Shown here: positions 18,969 to 27,866 of the stretch, in pieces
Layout: every line of letters begins with the position of its first letter
Numbering within the stretch: the first letter of the stretch is position 1
Origin: an uncultured bacterium
GTDB lineage: Bacteria > Krumholzibacteriota > Krumholzibacteriia > Krumholzibacteriales > Krumholzibacteriaceae
Assembly (NCBI GenBank): GCA_965371515.1
Contig: CBDUYR010000027.1
Span: 1-35,389, forward strand
DNA length: 35,389 nucleotides
Direction of reading: 5' to 3'
Position numbers and translations under genes: made by a program
The notes under the pieces: model-generated
Database searches by the model: none
Told to the model about the DNA's origin: nothing
Seen by the model: the letters and a program-made list of their open reading frames with translations, nothing else

Positions 18969-21050
18969 TCAGTTGCTGTACCCGATGGTAGCGAAGAGCG
19001 ATCTGCCCGGCAGGGGGAAGCCGCTCACGTCGTATATCCTCTGGTCGCTGAGGTTGTGTCCCTCGAGCGACAACGAGATCCCGTGCTCCGGCGACCTCAG
19101 CACGAGTATCAGATCGTGTATTCTTCTCTCTCCCGACGGGACGAGGTTGGCCCTGTCGAGGTAGTTGCTTCCCATGTAGTGGAATTCCCACGTGACGCTC
19201 CATCTTCTGCCGAAAAGCTCCGAACTCAGCGAGGCATCGTTCCGCGGCCTCCCGGGGAGCTCGTTCCCGTTGTAGTAGGGGATAGCGCTCGTGTCTTTCG
19301 AATCGAGCCGCGTGTAGTTGCAGGAAAGCCTCAGCCTGCCTGCTATCAGTCCGGAGGCTGAAAGCTCGAATCCGCGTATGGCAGCCGATCCGATGTTTCT
19401 CGGCTTGACCGTGTACTGGGAATTCTGAAAGAAGAGGATCAGCCCCTCGAGTTCGTTGTCGAGGTAGACCGCCTCGAGCCGCGGCCGCTCGATCTTCCAC
19501 AGCCGTCCGGCCGAGCAGACGATGCCGATATCCCTGTTCGTTCCCTTTTCCGGCTCGAGCCCCGGGGAACCTGTCACAGTACCCGAGTTGCCGAACATCT
19601 CGAAGAAGCTGGGAAGCCGGTAGTGCTTTCCCCAGTTTCCCTTGATCGTGAGCCATTGCACGGGGGCTGCCCTGAAGCCCAGGCAGGGTGTCGTCTCATC
19701 GCGCTCTACCGGTCCCTGCGCCACCGGGGGTAGCCAGGGGAAGAGGGGGTCGTCGTAGAATTCGCTGCGGCTCCACTCGCGCCTCAGGCCGCCCGTGACG
19801 AACAGCCTCTCGCCGGCAAGTCCGAATTCAGCCGAGGCGGACGCCGTCACCGTCTCGCGTTTGCGTTCGGGCCCTTCGGAAGGTTCGGGCAGGAGGTCGC
19901 GCGGCCGGAAACTCTCGTTCTTTCCCTCGAGGAAAGCCTCTATCGAGAGCCTGGCAGCCGGCACGAATGCCCTCGAACGGATATTGCCGCCCGTCGAGAT
20001 GATACGGTTGTCGGTCGACTGGCGCAGGAGACCGATATCGCCGCCCGGGTCGTCGAACCTGTCGGCCGTCCACGAATAGAACGCCGTTCCTTCTACGTGG
20101 AGCTTTCTGCCGGCCATTGGCGAGGGCTTGAGCTTGATGTATGCGATGTGCCTGTCCCGATCAGAGCGGGCCAGGGACGACTGGTTCGAGCCTATCCCGG
20201 GGATCCCGCCCTCCCTCGATACCGCGCTGAAGTTCAGGGAGAGATCGTCGAATCCCCGCGCTGCGACTCCGAGCCGCCCTGCGGCGTTCCATCTCGTGAA
20301 GTCGTTGTTCAGCCTCAGCGCCTCGGCGTCGTCATCGGGATTCATCGGGGTCCCGTTGTCGTCGGTGAAGGGGAAATCGCCCCTCGACTCGAGATAGCCG
20401 CCGCCGAACCGCAGAGAGACCGGACCTGACGATGACCTGATCGAGGCGTTCAGCCTGCGCGTTCCGAACGAGCCGGCCGAACCGTGTGCCTCGAACCATG
20501 CCCCGGTTACACCGGCGCTGTTCGCGGCGGACACGAGATTGACAGTGCCGCCGATCGACGAACCGCCGAATCCCGTCGGGCTCGTTCCCCTGTAGATCTC
20601 GATTCGTTCCAGGCCGCCGGTGGAGATGTCGTTCAGGTCGGTCATCCCGGAGTACGGGTCGTTGAGCGGCACTCCGTCGAGGTAGAACTGGACCTGTGAC
20701 GACGAGGAGCCACGGATCGACATCGTGGCGAATGAACCGAGACCGCCGTAGCGCCTCACCCTGACGCCCACCGATTTCGAAAGGATGGAGGCGGCGTCCT
20801 CGACCCTGTGGCGGCGCGGAGAGAGGTTTACGACAGCGACGAAGCCGCTCCGGCTCATGATGTCCTCCTCGTGGCCTATCCTGTCGGCCTCGACGAGGAT
20901 CTCCGGCGCCCAGAACAGGCTGTCGACGAAGCTTTTCTTCGAGCCGGAGGAGGCGCCGTCTCCGGCCGCGGGCACGGAAAGGAGAGCCGCCGCCAGGCAG
21001 GGTGCGACGAACCACAGGGCGCGGTGAATTCTCGGCGATCGAGGAAGCAA
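18969..21050 (-). CDS. btuB: TonB-dependent receptor, BtuB-like (cobalamin)
   Basis: Plug motifs SIRGSSSSQVQFYLDGVPLN and LERIEIYRG..GGTVNLV, plus YRLPSFFEMFG, LEPEKG and C-terminal GFPLPGRSLFATIGY. Lies under a B12 riboswitch. Start set at TTG 21050 (AGGAGG RBS, signal peptide follows). The ORF-track start at 21179 would include the terminator. Confidence 0.85.
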   Translation of the reverse strand: MLPRSPRIHRALWFVAPCLAAALLSVPAAGDGASSGSKKSFVDSLFWAPEILVEADRIGHEEDIMSRSGFVAVVNLSPRRHRVEDAASILSKSVGVRVRRYGGLGSFATMSIRGSSSSQVQFYLDGVPLNDPYSGMTDLNDISTGGLERIEIYRGTSPTGFGGSSIGGTVNLVSAANSAGVTGAWFEAHGSAGSFGTRRLNASIRSSSGPVSLRFGGGYLESRGDFPFTDDNGTPMNPDDDAEALRLNNDFTRWNAAGRLGVAARGFDDLSLNFSAVSREGGIPGIGSNQSSLARSDRDRHIAYIKLKPSPMAGRKLHVEGTAFYSWTADRFDDPGGDIGLLRQSTDNRIISTGGNIRSRAFVPAARLSIEAFLEGKNESFRPRDLLPEPSEGPERKRETVTASASAEFGLAGERLFVTGGLRREWSRSEFYDDPLFPWLPPVAQGPVERDETTPCLGFRAAPVQWLTIKGNWGKHYRLPSFFEMFGNSGTVTGSPGLEPEKGTNRDIGIVCSAGRLWKIERPRLEAVYLDNELEGLILFFQNSQYTVKPRNIGSAAIRGFELSASGLIAGRLRLSCNYTRLDSKDTSAIPYYNGNELPGRPRNDASLSSELFGRRWSVTWEFHYMGSNYLDRANLVPSGERRIHDLILVLRSPEHGISLSLEGHNLSDQRIYDVSGFPLPGRSLFATIGYSN

Positions 21051-21135
21051 GTTTCTCCTCCTGTGGACCCGGCGGAATCGATCCGCGCGGGCAGGCGGTC
21101 CTCGATGATCGGAAAAGGGAACGTGCAAGGAGGGC

Positions 21136-21175
21136 AAGAAAAACCCCCCGTCCTCGTGGTGCGAGGGCGGAGGGT
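21136..21175 (-). terminator. Intrinsic terminator in the riboswitch expression platform
   Basis: Minus strand ACCCTCCGCCCTCG-CACCA-CGAGGACGGGGGG followed by TTTTTCTT. Confidence 0.75.
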
Positions 21176-21228
21176 ACAATTACCTCTCCCCTTCCTCTCT
21201 ATCCTCGAAGAGGGCCAGGGACCATTTG

Positions 21229-21334
21229 CTTCAGGCAGGTATTCTGACTTACGGCTCAGTGGCCGATTACAGTGGCGGGTCCGTGAGGGATTCTCACCCT
21301 CTTCCCTTTCACATCCCTTGCGGAATGCCTGAAG
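21229..21334 (-). ncRNA. Cobalamin (B12) riboswitch aptamer, compact form
   Basis: Minus strand CTTCAGGCA..AAAGGGAAGAGGGTGAGAATCCCTCACGGACCCGCCACTGT..AGTCAGAATACCTGCCTGAAG. Has the conserved core and B12 box, a 9-bp P1, and a P13-like hairpin with a TCGAGGA loop just downstream. Confidence 0.92.
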
Positions 21335-21351
21335 TTATTTCATACGACCGG

Positions 21352-21381
21352 AGCTTAAATCGGCCCGGTGGTACATGTCAA
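21352..21381 (-). promoter_or_regulatory. sigma70 promoter for the riboswitch-btuB operon
   Basis: Minus strand TTGACA (21381-21376), 18 bp, TAAGCT (21357-21352). Predicted +1 is about 10 nt before the aptamer. Confidence 0.6.
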
Positions 21382-21400
21382 CATGTATTCACCGGAACAC

Positions 21401-22066
21401 TTATTCGGTCTTCTGCTCTGCGGCTTTTTTCAGTTTGTCGTTCGCCATTATGGCGACCTCGACCCTGCGGTTTTCCTGCCGGCCCTTGTCCGTGGCGTTG
21501 TCCGCGACTGGTTGTGCTTCGCCGTATCCCATCAGCGTGAACCGGGTTATAGATACCTGTTCCATCGAGAGGTGTCTTGCTACCGACTCGGCGCGCCTCT
21601 CGGAGAGCTCGAAGTTGTATTCTTCGGGGCCTGTGGAATCGGTGTGGCCCTCGATGAGGATGTCAGTGTCCTCGTACTTTTTCAGTATCCCGGCGAGTTT
21701 CGAGAGATTCTCCTGCGCTTCGGCCTGCAGGGCGGACTTGTTGAAGGCGAAGAGAATGCCGGAGTCGAAGGTGATCTTGATACCCTCACCGACGCGTTCG
21801 ACCTTCGCGCCCTCGATGTCGCGCTCGATCTCCGCAGCCTGCTTGTCCATATAGTTGCCGATGTAGGCGCCAGCCGCTCCGCCTATGGCTGCTCCGAGGA
21901 TAGCCCCGAGGGCGGTGTTCCCATACTGGTGGCCGATTGCAGCACCGACGGCGCCGCCCGCAGCCGCACCCGCTACCGCGCCCTTCTCGGCCCGCGACCA
22001 GCTCGAGCAGCCGTAGAGCGCGAACGAGATCGAGATTACGAGCAGTATCGTTGTCAGTTTTTTCAT
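21401..22066 (-). CDS. OmpA-family outer-membrane lipoprotein with glycine zipper (YiaD-like)
   Basis: Lipobox LYGC, Gly zipper GAVAGAAAGGAVGAAIG, GHTDSTG..YN..LS.RRA.SV and NRRVEV. Start set at ATG 22066 with a GGGAGG RBS. Confidence 0.92.
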   Translation of the reverse strand: MKKLTTILLVISISFALYGCSSWSRAEKGAVAGAAAGGAVGAAIGHQYGNTALGAILGAAIGGAAGAYIGNYMDKQAAEIERDIEGAKVERVGEGIKITFDSGILFAFNKSALQAEAQENLSKLAGILKKYEDTDILIEGHTDSTGPEEYNFELSERRAESVARHLSMEQVSITRFTLMGYGEAQPVADNATDKGRQENRRVEVAIMANDKLKKAAEQKTE

Positions 22067-22110
22067 TATCTGCCTCCCGGTCAAGTAATCGTCTGTCTGA
22101 CGGCCGGCTC

Positions 22111-22139
22111 ATTCTATTGTTATACCGACCGGATGTAAA
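22111..22139 (-). promoter_or_regulatory. sigma70 promoter of the OmpA-family gene
   Basis: Minus strand TTTACA (22139-22134), 17 bp, TAGAAT (22116-22111). Confidence 0.6.
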
Positions 22140-22158
22140 GGGTTCTTCAGAAGAAGGT

Positions 22159-24393
22159 CTAGTTCTCGACGATGGGCAGCTGCCAGACGGTGAAAATAGA
22201 CGCAGCCAGCGAGTCGGCCTGCGCCCGGTCGATGAACCAGAGGGGAAATCCGAGGTGAACGCTCGGAGCGGCGATGCAGCCCTCCGGGCTTGCCTGAACC
22301 TCGGCGTACTTCGTGTACCAGAACGCGATGGTCGCGTTATAGACGACCGACCAATAGTTCATCGTTATTGAGCGGTACATCGGGTGGAAGCAGGACTGAG
22401 ACGTTTTGCCGAGGTAATTCATGTAATACTCGGGGTCGTAATACTCGACGTAGAGAAAGCCTCGCACAGACGGGTCGAAGAACATGTTGGGAAGTGTGAC
22501 CCGCTCCCAGAGATCGAGCCTGTGGGGCAGGCCTTCGATGTCCGCGATCACGGGGTCGGAATCGTCGAGCAATGCGTACCGCATCGCGTCGTATTCGATT
22601 CTCCTTGATCCGAGATATAGCTTGGGGAAGAGACCATCGACCTTGTCGAGTGCCGAAACGCAGAAGTCGCGGTACGCCATCGTATTTTCGCCCGTCGTGT
22701 TATTGCAGTTGGGGCTCGAGTACCAGAACTCGCACCGGATATAGAGCGGGAAAGCGTTGCTGTAGAGGCAGGCGGCGAGACTCCCGCTTCTCTGTCCCTC
22801 GCCCACGGTCCACAGGTGGCCGCCGAACGCGAGGTAGTAAGTGAGGAAATTCAGGTTGAGTATGTCCGCCGTGCCCGATGGCGTGTAGTACACGACGCGG
22901 TTCCACACGCTTCCCGCGATTGGGTCGATGGCGGTCGAGAAGGACCAGATGATGTTTTTGTACTTGAAGAGCAGGGACATGGGGGGGACGTAGTAGTCGT
23001 TTTCCTGGACGTCGTAGATGTCCCTGGTGGGGTCGAATCCCTTTACCTTCATGCAGATGTGTTCCCAGAACTCGTCATGCTCCGACTCGGTCGGGAATGC
23101 GTATATCTCCTGGACGAAGTCGAGCGAGGGAAAGTCGTCGATCCAGAGCAAGTCCCTGGTCATCACGATGGGGATTATCGTGACCTCGATCCTGCCGAGC
23201 GTTTTCGTTCCGAGATTGTCCGCCGATTCGACATAGAGGGTGTGGATGCCGGAGTAGAACGTTTTCGGGCTGGCGGAAGTCACGTATGGGTTCGGGAAGA
23301 CTTCCCATTCGGCCGGATCGTTGAGGTCGGCGACGTCCCAGCCGTACCTGAATGACTGGATGACGCCCCCGTAGCTGCTCGCGTCGCCCGTCCACGTCCA
23401 GTTCATCTCGAATCCGGGAGGGACTTCGACCAGCGTGGGATTGAAATCGAGGCCGAGAAAGGCAAAAGTCCCGAGATAAGGCTCGTTGATGCGAAGAACC
23501 GGTCCGGTCGGCTGCATTGCCACGAAGTGCCTGAGGTTGGTGCTCTTGTCAAAGATCGACGATACGGCACCTGCCTCGTCCTTCGCCTGAACGGCGAAAA
23601 TGTACGATGTGTTCGTCAAGAGTATTTCGTCGTCCCCGAGTGTCGTCTGCTTTCCGGAGTCGCCTTCGGCGTGATACCAGATCCAATCGCTCCATATGTC
23701 CTCGAAGTTTCCCGGGTACTTGTTGAGGTCGTCTATAATGCCGGGGTAGTATAATGTGTTGAGATATCTTACCGAGTCGACTTCCTGGTAGTTCCACGGC
23801 GCGTCGATCGGGTCCTTGCCATACCACTTGAAGTTGGAGATCACGCTCAGTTTCTGAGCTCCCATTTCGGGATTGATCGCATATGGATAGTTGATGAAGA
23901 TATGCGGGGCGAGGGTGAAGGCGGTAAACGACCTGTACGTGAGCTTTGAGGCCATTCCCCGGTCGTCGATGGCTCTGATGAAGAAGGTGTGCATCTTCTT
24001 GAACATACCGTAGAGGCTGCTGTTGATCTCGACGGTGCGGTCGTAGTCATCCGCGCTGACCGAGAATGTGCTGTCGGTCAGTTCTGTAATCAGCCATGCT
24101 TCGACGGTGTCGGCCGGGTCGAAGCCTATCGGGTCTCCCTCGACCATGCAGAATTCATAATGGTCGATCGTGCCGTCCTCGTCCTCGCCAAGCCAGAAGA
24201 AGTGGACTGTGTAGCGCGTCGTGTCGCCCTCGATAGGACCGTTGGTAAGCTCGATTGTGGGACGCTTGTTTTCCCTGATCTCGCCTGTGAATACGTCCGA
24301 CCCTGAACAACCGGCCATCAGAGCTGCGGCGACCGTGATGATGGCGGCAAGGTGCAGATATGCCGCTTCGTATGTTGTCAATCTCCTGATCAT
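22159..24393 (-). CDS. Large uncharacterised lipoprotein (tandem Ig/FN3-like repeats plus alpha/beta C-terminal domain); paralog of 32559..34421
   Basis: Lipobox LMAGC. Repeated strand motifs HTFFIRAIDDRG, YIFAVQAKDEAG and HTLYVESADNLG. Many blocks are shared with 32559..34421. Confidence 0.8.
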   Translation of the reverse strand: MIRRLTTYEAAYLHLAAIITVAAALMAGCSGSDVFTGEIRENKRPTIELTNGPIEGDTTRYTVHFFWLGEDEDGTIDHYEFCMVEGDPIGFDPADTVEAWLITELTDSTFSVSADDYDRTVEINSSLYGMFKKMHTFFIRAIDDRGMASKLTYRSFTAFTLAPHIFINYPYAINPEMGAQKLSVISNFKWYGKDPIDAPWNYQEVDSVRYLNTLYYPGIIDDLNKYPGNFEDIWSDWIWYHAEGDSGKQTTLGDDEILLTNTSYIFAVQAKDEAGAVSSIFDKSTNLRHFVAMQPTGPVLRINEPYLGTFAFLGLDFNPTLVEVPPGFEMNWTWTGDASSYGGVIQSFRYGWDVADLNDPAEWEVFPNPYVTSASPKTFYSGIHTLYVESADNLGTKTLGRIEVTIIPIVMTRDLLWIDDFPSLDFVQEIYAFPTESEHDEFWEHICMKVKGFDPTRDIYDVQENDYYVPPMSLLFKYKNIIWSFSTAIDPIAGSVWNRVVYYTPSGTADILNLNFLTYYLAFGGHLWTVGEGQRSGSLAACLYSNAFPLYIRCEFWYSSPNCNNTTGENTMAYRDFCVSALDKVDGLFPKLYLGSRRIEYDAMRYALLDDSDPVIADIEGLPHRLDLWERVTLPNMFFDPSVRGFLYVEYYDPEYYMNYLGKTSQSCFHPMYRSITMNYWSVVYNATIAFWYTKYAEVQASPEGCIAAPSVHLGFPLWFIDRAQADSLAASIFTVWQLPIVEN

Positions 24394-24403
24394 GTCAAAT
24401 CCA

Positions 24404-26917
24404 TCATCTTATTATAACAAATTTTCCGATAGTCTTCGGGAAGTCACTGTTCTCCGGCTCCACAGCGAATATGTACACGCCGCTCGTCACGTTCTGACCA
24501 TTCCTCGATACGAGATTCCACGGTGCAGTCCCGTTTCCTCCGCTGCCGTCGTGGCTGATGACCTGAACGAGGTCGGTGGCCACAGTATAGATACGGATTG
24601 TGCAGCGGCATTCCGGCAGGTTGCGGAACTCGCATCTCAGGCCGGTCGCGTCGGAGTTGTTCGGCTCGAGACGCCATGGCTCCATTGTGGTGCTTGTTAC
24701 CGGGTTTGGCACTACGTATATTTCCTTCTCGACGAAGCTCTCGCTGTTTTGCGCGGCCGATCTTGCTCTCGTGAAGAGGAAGTTCGAAGACGGAGAATTG
24801 TACCGGCTCGGCTCGTACGGATCGCCGTCGAGAAAGCTGTGGTCGTACGAGGTGACGGCGTAGAAGTAAGGCAGCCCGTTTTTCGCATTTTCGTCGAGGT
24901 ACCTGTAATACCGTCGGCCCCCCTCGTATCCGAGATTCCACCGTGCTATGCTCTCGAGGGTGTCGCACATCTCGGCGGTCAGCCCGGGCGGGCAAGGAAC
25001 GGTGTCGAGTGGATAACTTATCACTGAAAGCTCGAAGCTGGACATGTACTCCTCCCTGTCCTCGAGATCCTCGAGAGGCGTGTATATCCACCCGCCCTCC
25101 GATTCGGGGTACTCGAATCCCCTGTCGGGAGGGACGCCGTTGATCAGGTCGTGCGTCTCGAGCAGGCTCCACAGCTCATTCTTCGGCCCGGTCTTCTCGG
25201 TCGTGCCCGCCGGCCTGTGCCACTCGTCGGCACGCCAGATCTGGTATCCCTCGAAATCCTGCACCATCGAGATCGGATCGGGGACAACCTCGCTGAGATT
25301 GTCCCAGTAGATTTCGACTGTCTTGTTCCTCGGTACCAGCCTCATGTTGGGGACCGCCGGGGCCGATCCGGTCACCCAGTGGAGCTGGTGCTCCTTCCCG
25401 AACACGCCCGACGCGTATGTCAGCCTGTCGATGTCGGACCTCCTGTAGCAGGTCGACGGCAAGAGATATCTCTTCATCTCGATAAAACAGTCGTTGTTGG
25501 CCCACATCGTGTCGCCTCTATCGACATCGTACTTCTCGTCGATGCCGTCGCAATTGTCAGGGTCGAAATCATCGAGCTTGCCTATGCGCGGCGACTCCCT
25601 GCCGTTGACTCCCGTCTCGGGATTGCCGTCGAGGTCGTACCAGGTCCCTTCCCATACCTTCTTGGCAACTGCTGCGTGGTCGAGCATTTCGTCGAGGTTG
25701 TCGCCGCCGACGAACGCGAAATCGATGAAGAACGATCCTCCTGGCATGAGATAGTAGAAGGGACCGCAGCTGAGCAGGACTCTGTAGTCGGCGGCGATCT
25801 GCGTGTTTGCGTCGGTCTTCCCGGTGGAAAGGACCTCGTACCTCTCGAAATCGTTTGTGGCGTCGCCCCCGTTGATGAACGGGGCGAGTCCCTTGAAAGT
25901 CCTGAAGGCCCTGAACAGCGTAGAGGGGTAAAACGGCAGCCCGTTCGTTCCGTTGGGATGGGTCGAGTGGCCGAGGAGTACTATCCCGAAATACGACGGT
26001 GTTTCGCCCCCGTCGCCGTCGCCGTCGTAGACGTAGGCTACGTGTACCTCTACGGGGATCTCGGAGGATCCGATGCGTACGCACCTGTCACCAAGGAAGA
26101 ATCCGACCTGGTCGTCCATGTGGTAGCTTCCGTATACGCGGGGGCCGGCGTCGAGGTCGGCGTAGATTCCGACGTAGATGCTCGTCAGAAAATTGTTACC
26201 GATGTTTTCGATCGTGTACCTGATCCCGACGAAATCCTGGAACTCCTCCTCGCCCCACTGGAATGATTCCTGGCGGACTCGGATGCCGAGCGGTTCGTGC
26301 TCGGGCCACACGGTCTGGCTCTGCGGCAGGTCGTCGTAGAACTCGCAGGTGAACATCTGCTTCCCGATGGCGGCGAAGTCCTCATCGATCCTGCCGTCAA
26401 GGTCGTCGTCGTACCCGTTGAGAAAATCCTCGTCGACCAGGCCGTCATCGTCGTCATCGGCGGGACCAGGCAACTTGCCACCCCGGGGATCTCCCTCGTA
26501 CGTCCGGTACAGGACGCCTCTCGGATCCGTCTCGGGATAGAACTCCGTCTCCGGATAGCCCGTCGTCACGAACGGGATCCCGTTTTTCGAGGCTCCGACC
26601 CATAGGCCGGCCGCGTATAGATACTCGACTCCCGAGCCTGAGGGATACTGCGCCGACGGGACGTCGGCCATTTCATAGCGGCTCTTCGGGAGTGAACCGA
26701 CGAATCCCCAGTTCGTTATGTTCATCTGCAGGCGTCCTATGTTGTGGACGAACGAGCCGTCGAGCACCGGTGCTTTCTGAAGGGGAGATATCTTGCCGAA
26801 AAGATCGGGATCCCTCAGCTCAGGATCATCGGATAGAAGATTTGAAGGGACAGCCAGAAGCATGGCGCAGCAAACCATACACCAACGCCGTTTCGACGCC
26901 GCGAGGCTCGAAAACAT
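24404..26917 (-). CDS. Large secreted protein with DxDxDG motifs, FN3-like region and T9SS-like C-terminal domain
   Basis: Signal-peptide-like N-terminus, HNIG.LQMNITNWG..YPSGSGVEYLYAAGLWVGA, DFEGYQIWRA and YFYAVTSYD. Tail IYVVPNP..FRNLP..IRIYTV..WNL.SRNGQNV.SGVYIF..GKFVIIR. Start set at ATG 26917 (GGAG upstream). The ORF track uses GTG 26935. Confidence 0.8.
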   Translation of the reverse strand: MFSSLAASKRRWCMVCCAMLLAVPSNLLSDDPELRDPDLFGKISPLQKAPVLDGSFVHNIGRLQMNITNWGFVGSLPKSRYEMADVPSAQYPSGSGVEYLYAAGLWVGASKNGIPFVTTGYPETEFYPETDPRGVLYRTYEGDPRGGKLPGPADDDDDGLVDEDFLNGYDDDLDGRIDEDFAAIGKQMFTCEFYDDLPQSQTVWPEHEPLGIRVRQESFQWGEEEFQDFVGIRYTIENIGNNFLTSIYVGIYADLDAGPRVYGSYHMDDQVGFFLGDRCVRIGSSEIPVEVHVAYVYDGDGDGGETPSYFGIVLLGHSTHPNGTNGLPFYPSTLFRAFRTFKGLAPFINGGDATNDFERYEVLSTGKTDANTQIAADYRVLLSCGPFYYLMPGGSFFIDFAFVGGDNLDEMLDHAAVAKKVWEGTWYDLDGNPETGVNGRESPRIGKLDDFDPDNCDGIDEKYDVDRGDTMWANNDCFIEMKRYLLPSTCYRRSDIDRLTYASGVFGKEHQLHWVTGSAPAVPNMRLVPRNKTVEIYWDNLSEVVPDPISMVQDFEGYQIWRADEWHRPAGTTEKTGPKNELWSLLETHDLINGVPPDRGFEYPESEGGWIYTPLEDLEDREEYMSSFELSVISYPLDTVPCPPGLTAEMCDTLESIARWNLGYEGGRRYYRYLDENAKNGLPYFYAVTSYDHSFLDGDPYEPSRYNSPSSNFLFTRARSAAQNSESFVEKEIYVVPNPVTSTTMEPWRLEPNNSDATGLRCEFRNLPECRCTIRIYTVATDLVQVISHDGSGGNGTAPWNLVSRNGQNVTSGVYIFAVEPENSDFPKTIGKFVIIR

Positions 26918-27194
26918 AAAAACTCCATACTCCACAGACCCATGGTAACAGGATTTGTCGGGCGGGAAAAACCCACCTTACTGTCCATACATAAATTTAA
27001 CTGGTTTTGTTCCGTTTCGCAGGCCTTTTTTCCTATTAAAACAGGAGTTAGAGTGTTTATTGGTGTGTTTCCACTATAAATCCTCGACGCGGGTCCCCGC
27101 CGTGGAGGATAATTCCTCAAGTGAGGGAACATTCCTGTTTCTCCGGCGTATTGAGATATTGTGGGGGGGCTGCTCGCCGGGAGGAATACTGACC

Positions 27195-27866
27195 ATGTCG
27201 GATCCCTATCATATCGAAGTTCTCGGGGACGGCGTTGCCGCCTGGAACGCATGGCGGAAGATGAACGACGACGTGCGCCCCGATCTCTCCGGTTCCAATA
27301 TAAAGATCAGGGATCTCTCCGGGATCAATCTCGCCGGGGCCGACATGCGCGGCGTGATGCTCGCTGGAGCGGATCTCTCGAATGCGTACCTCAAAGGCGC
27401 CGACCTTTCACGCGCCGACCTTATGGAAGCTGACCTCAGCGGCGCGGATCTCTCCGGGGCCGACCTCGGGGGAGCGAACCTCATGGGCGCGGATCTCTCC
27501 GGAGCCGACCTCACCGGCGCCGGCCTCGACGGCGCTATACTCTACAGGGCCGACCTCGAGGGCTCGGAATGCGTCAGCCATTATCTCTGGCTCAACGAGC
27601 TGATCGATTTCGCAGACGGCCTCGGGTGTGTCGACAAGGATGGCGAGGCGTTCATCTTCGACGACATGGAGGATTCGTGCGTCGAGAGCAGTTTCATGTC
27701 TACAAAGATGTCACGCCTCGACGTCGAGCTCTCCGATCCTGTCCCTGCAAAGGCGATATACGAGATACTCGGAGCGCTGAACAGGATCTACAGCATGGTC
27801 GCCGATCACGACCTGCCGGGACCGATCATCAGGATAGGACCGTCGGGAGAGGGGGAGAGGGAATGA
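27195..27866 (+). CDS. Pentapeptide-repeat protein with unknown C-terminal domain
   Basis: HIEVL..GVAAWNAWR...PDLSG followed by A(D/N)LxG repeats. ATG 27195 has a GGAGG RBS. The upstream extension from 26955 is AT-rich intergenic DNA. Confidence 0.85.
   Translation: MSDPYHIEVLGDGVAAWNAWRKMNDDVRPDLSGSNIKIRDLSGINLAGADMRGVMLAGADLSNAYLKGADLSRADLMEADLSGADLSGADLGGANLMGADLSGADLTGAGLDGAILYRADLEGSECVSHYLWLNELIDFADGLGCVDKDGEAFIFDDMEDSCVESSFMSTKMSRLDVELSDPVPAKAIYEILGALNRIYSMVADHDLPGPIIRIGPSGEGERE

Noticed and set aside
18421..19656. 411-aa same-strand alternative-frame ORF bridging the receptor and the propeller
   Set aside because: Arg-rich off-frame reading. Both real genes are intact, so no frameshift is needed.
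21051..21179. N-terminal extension of the TonB receptor
   Set aside because: It spans the riboswitch terminator. A better RBS and TTG with a signal peptide lie at 21050.
27280..27560. 15-bp-period DNA repeats (GCGGATCTCTCCGG / GCCGACCTC) as a CRISPR or tandem array
   Set aside because: They are the coding signature of pentapeptide repeats, and there are no spacers.
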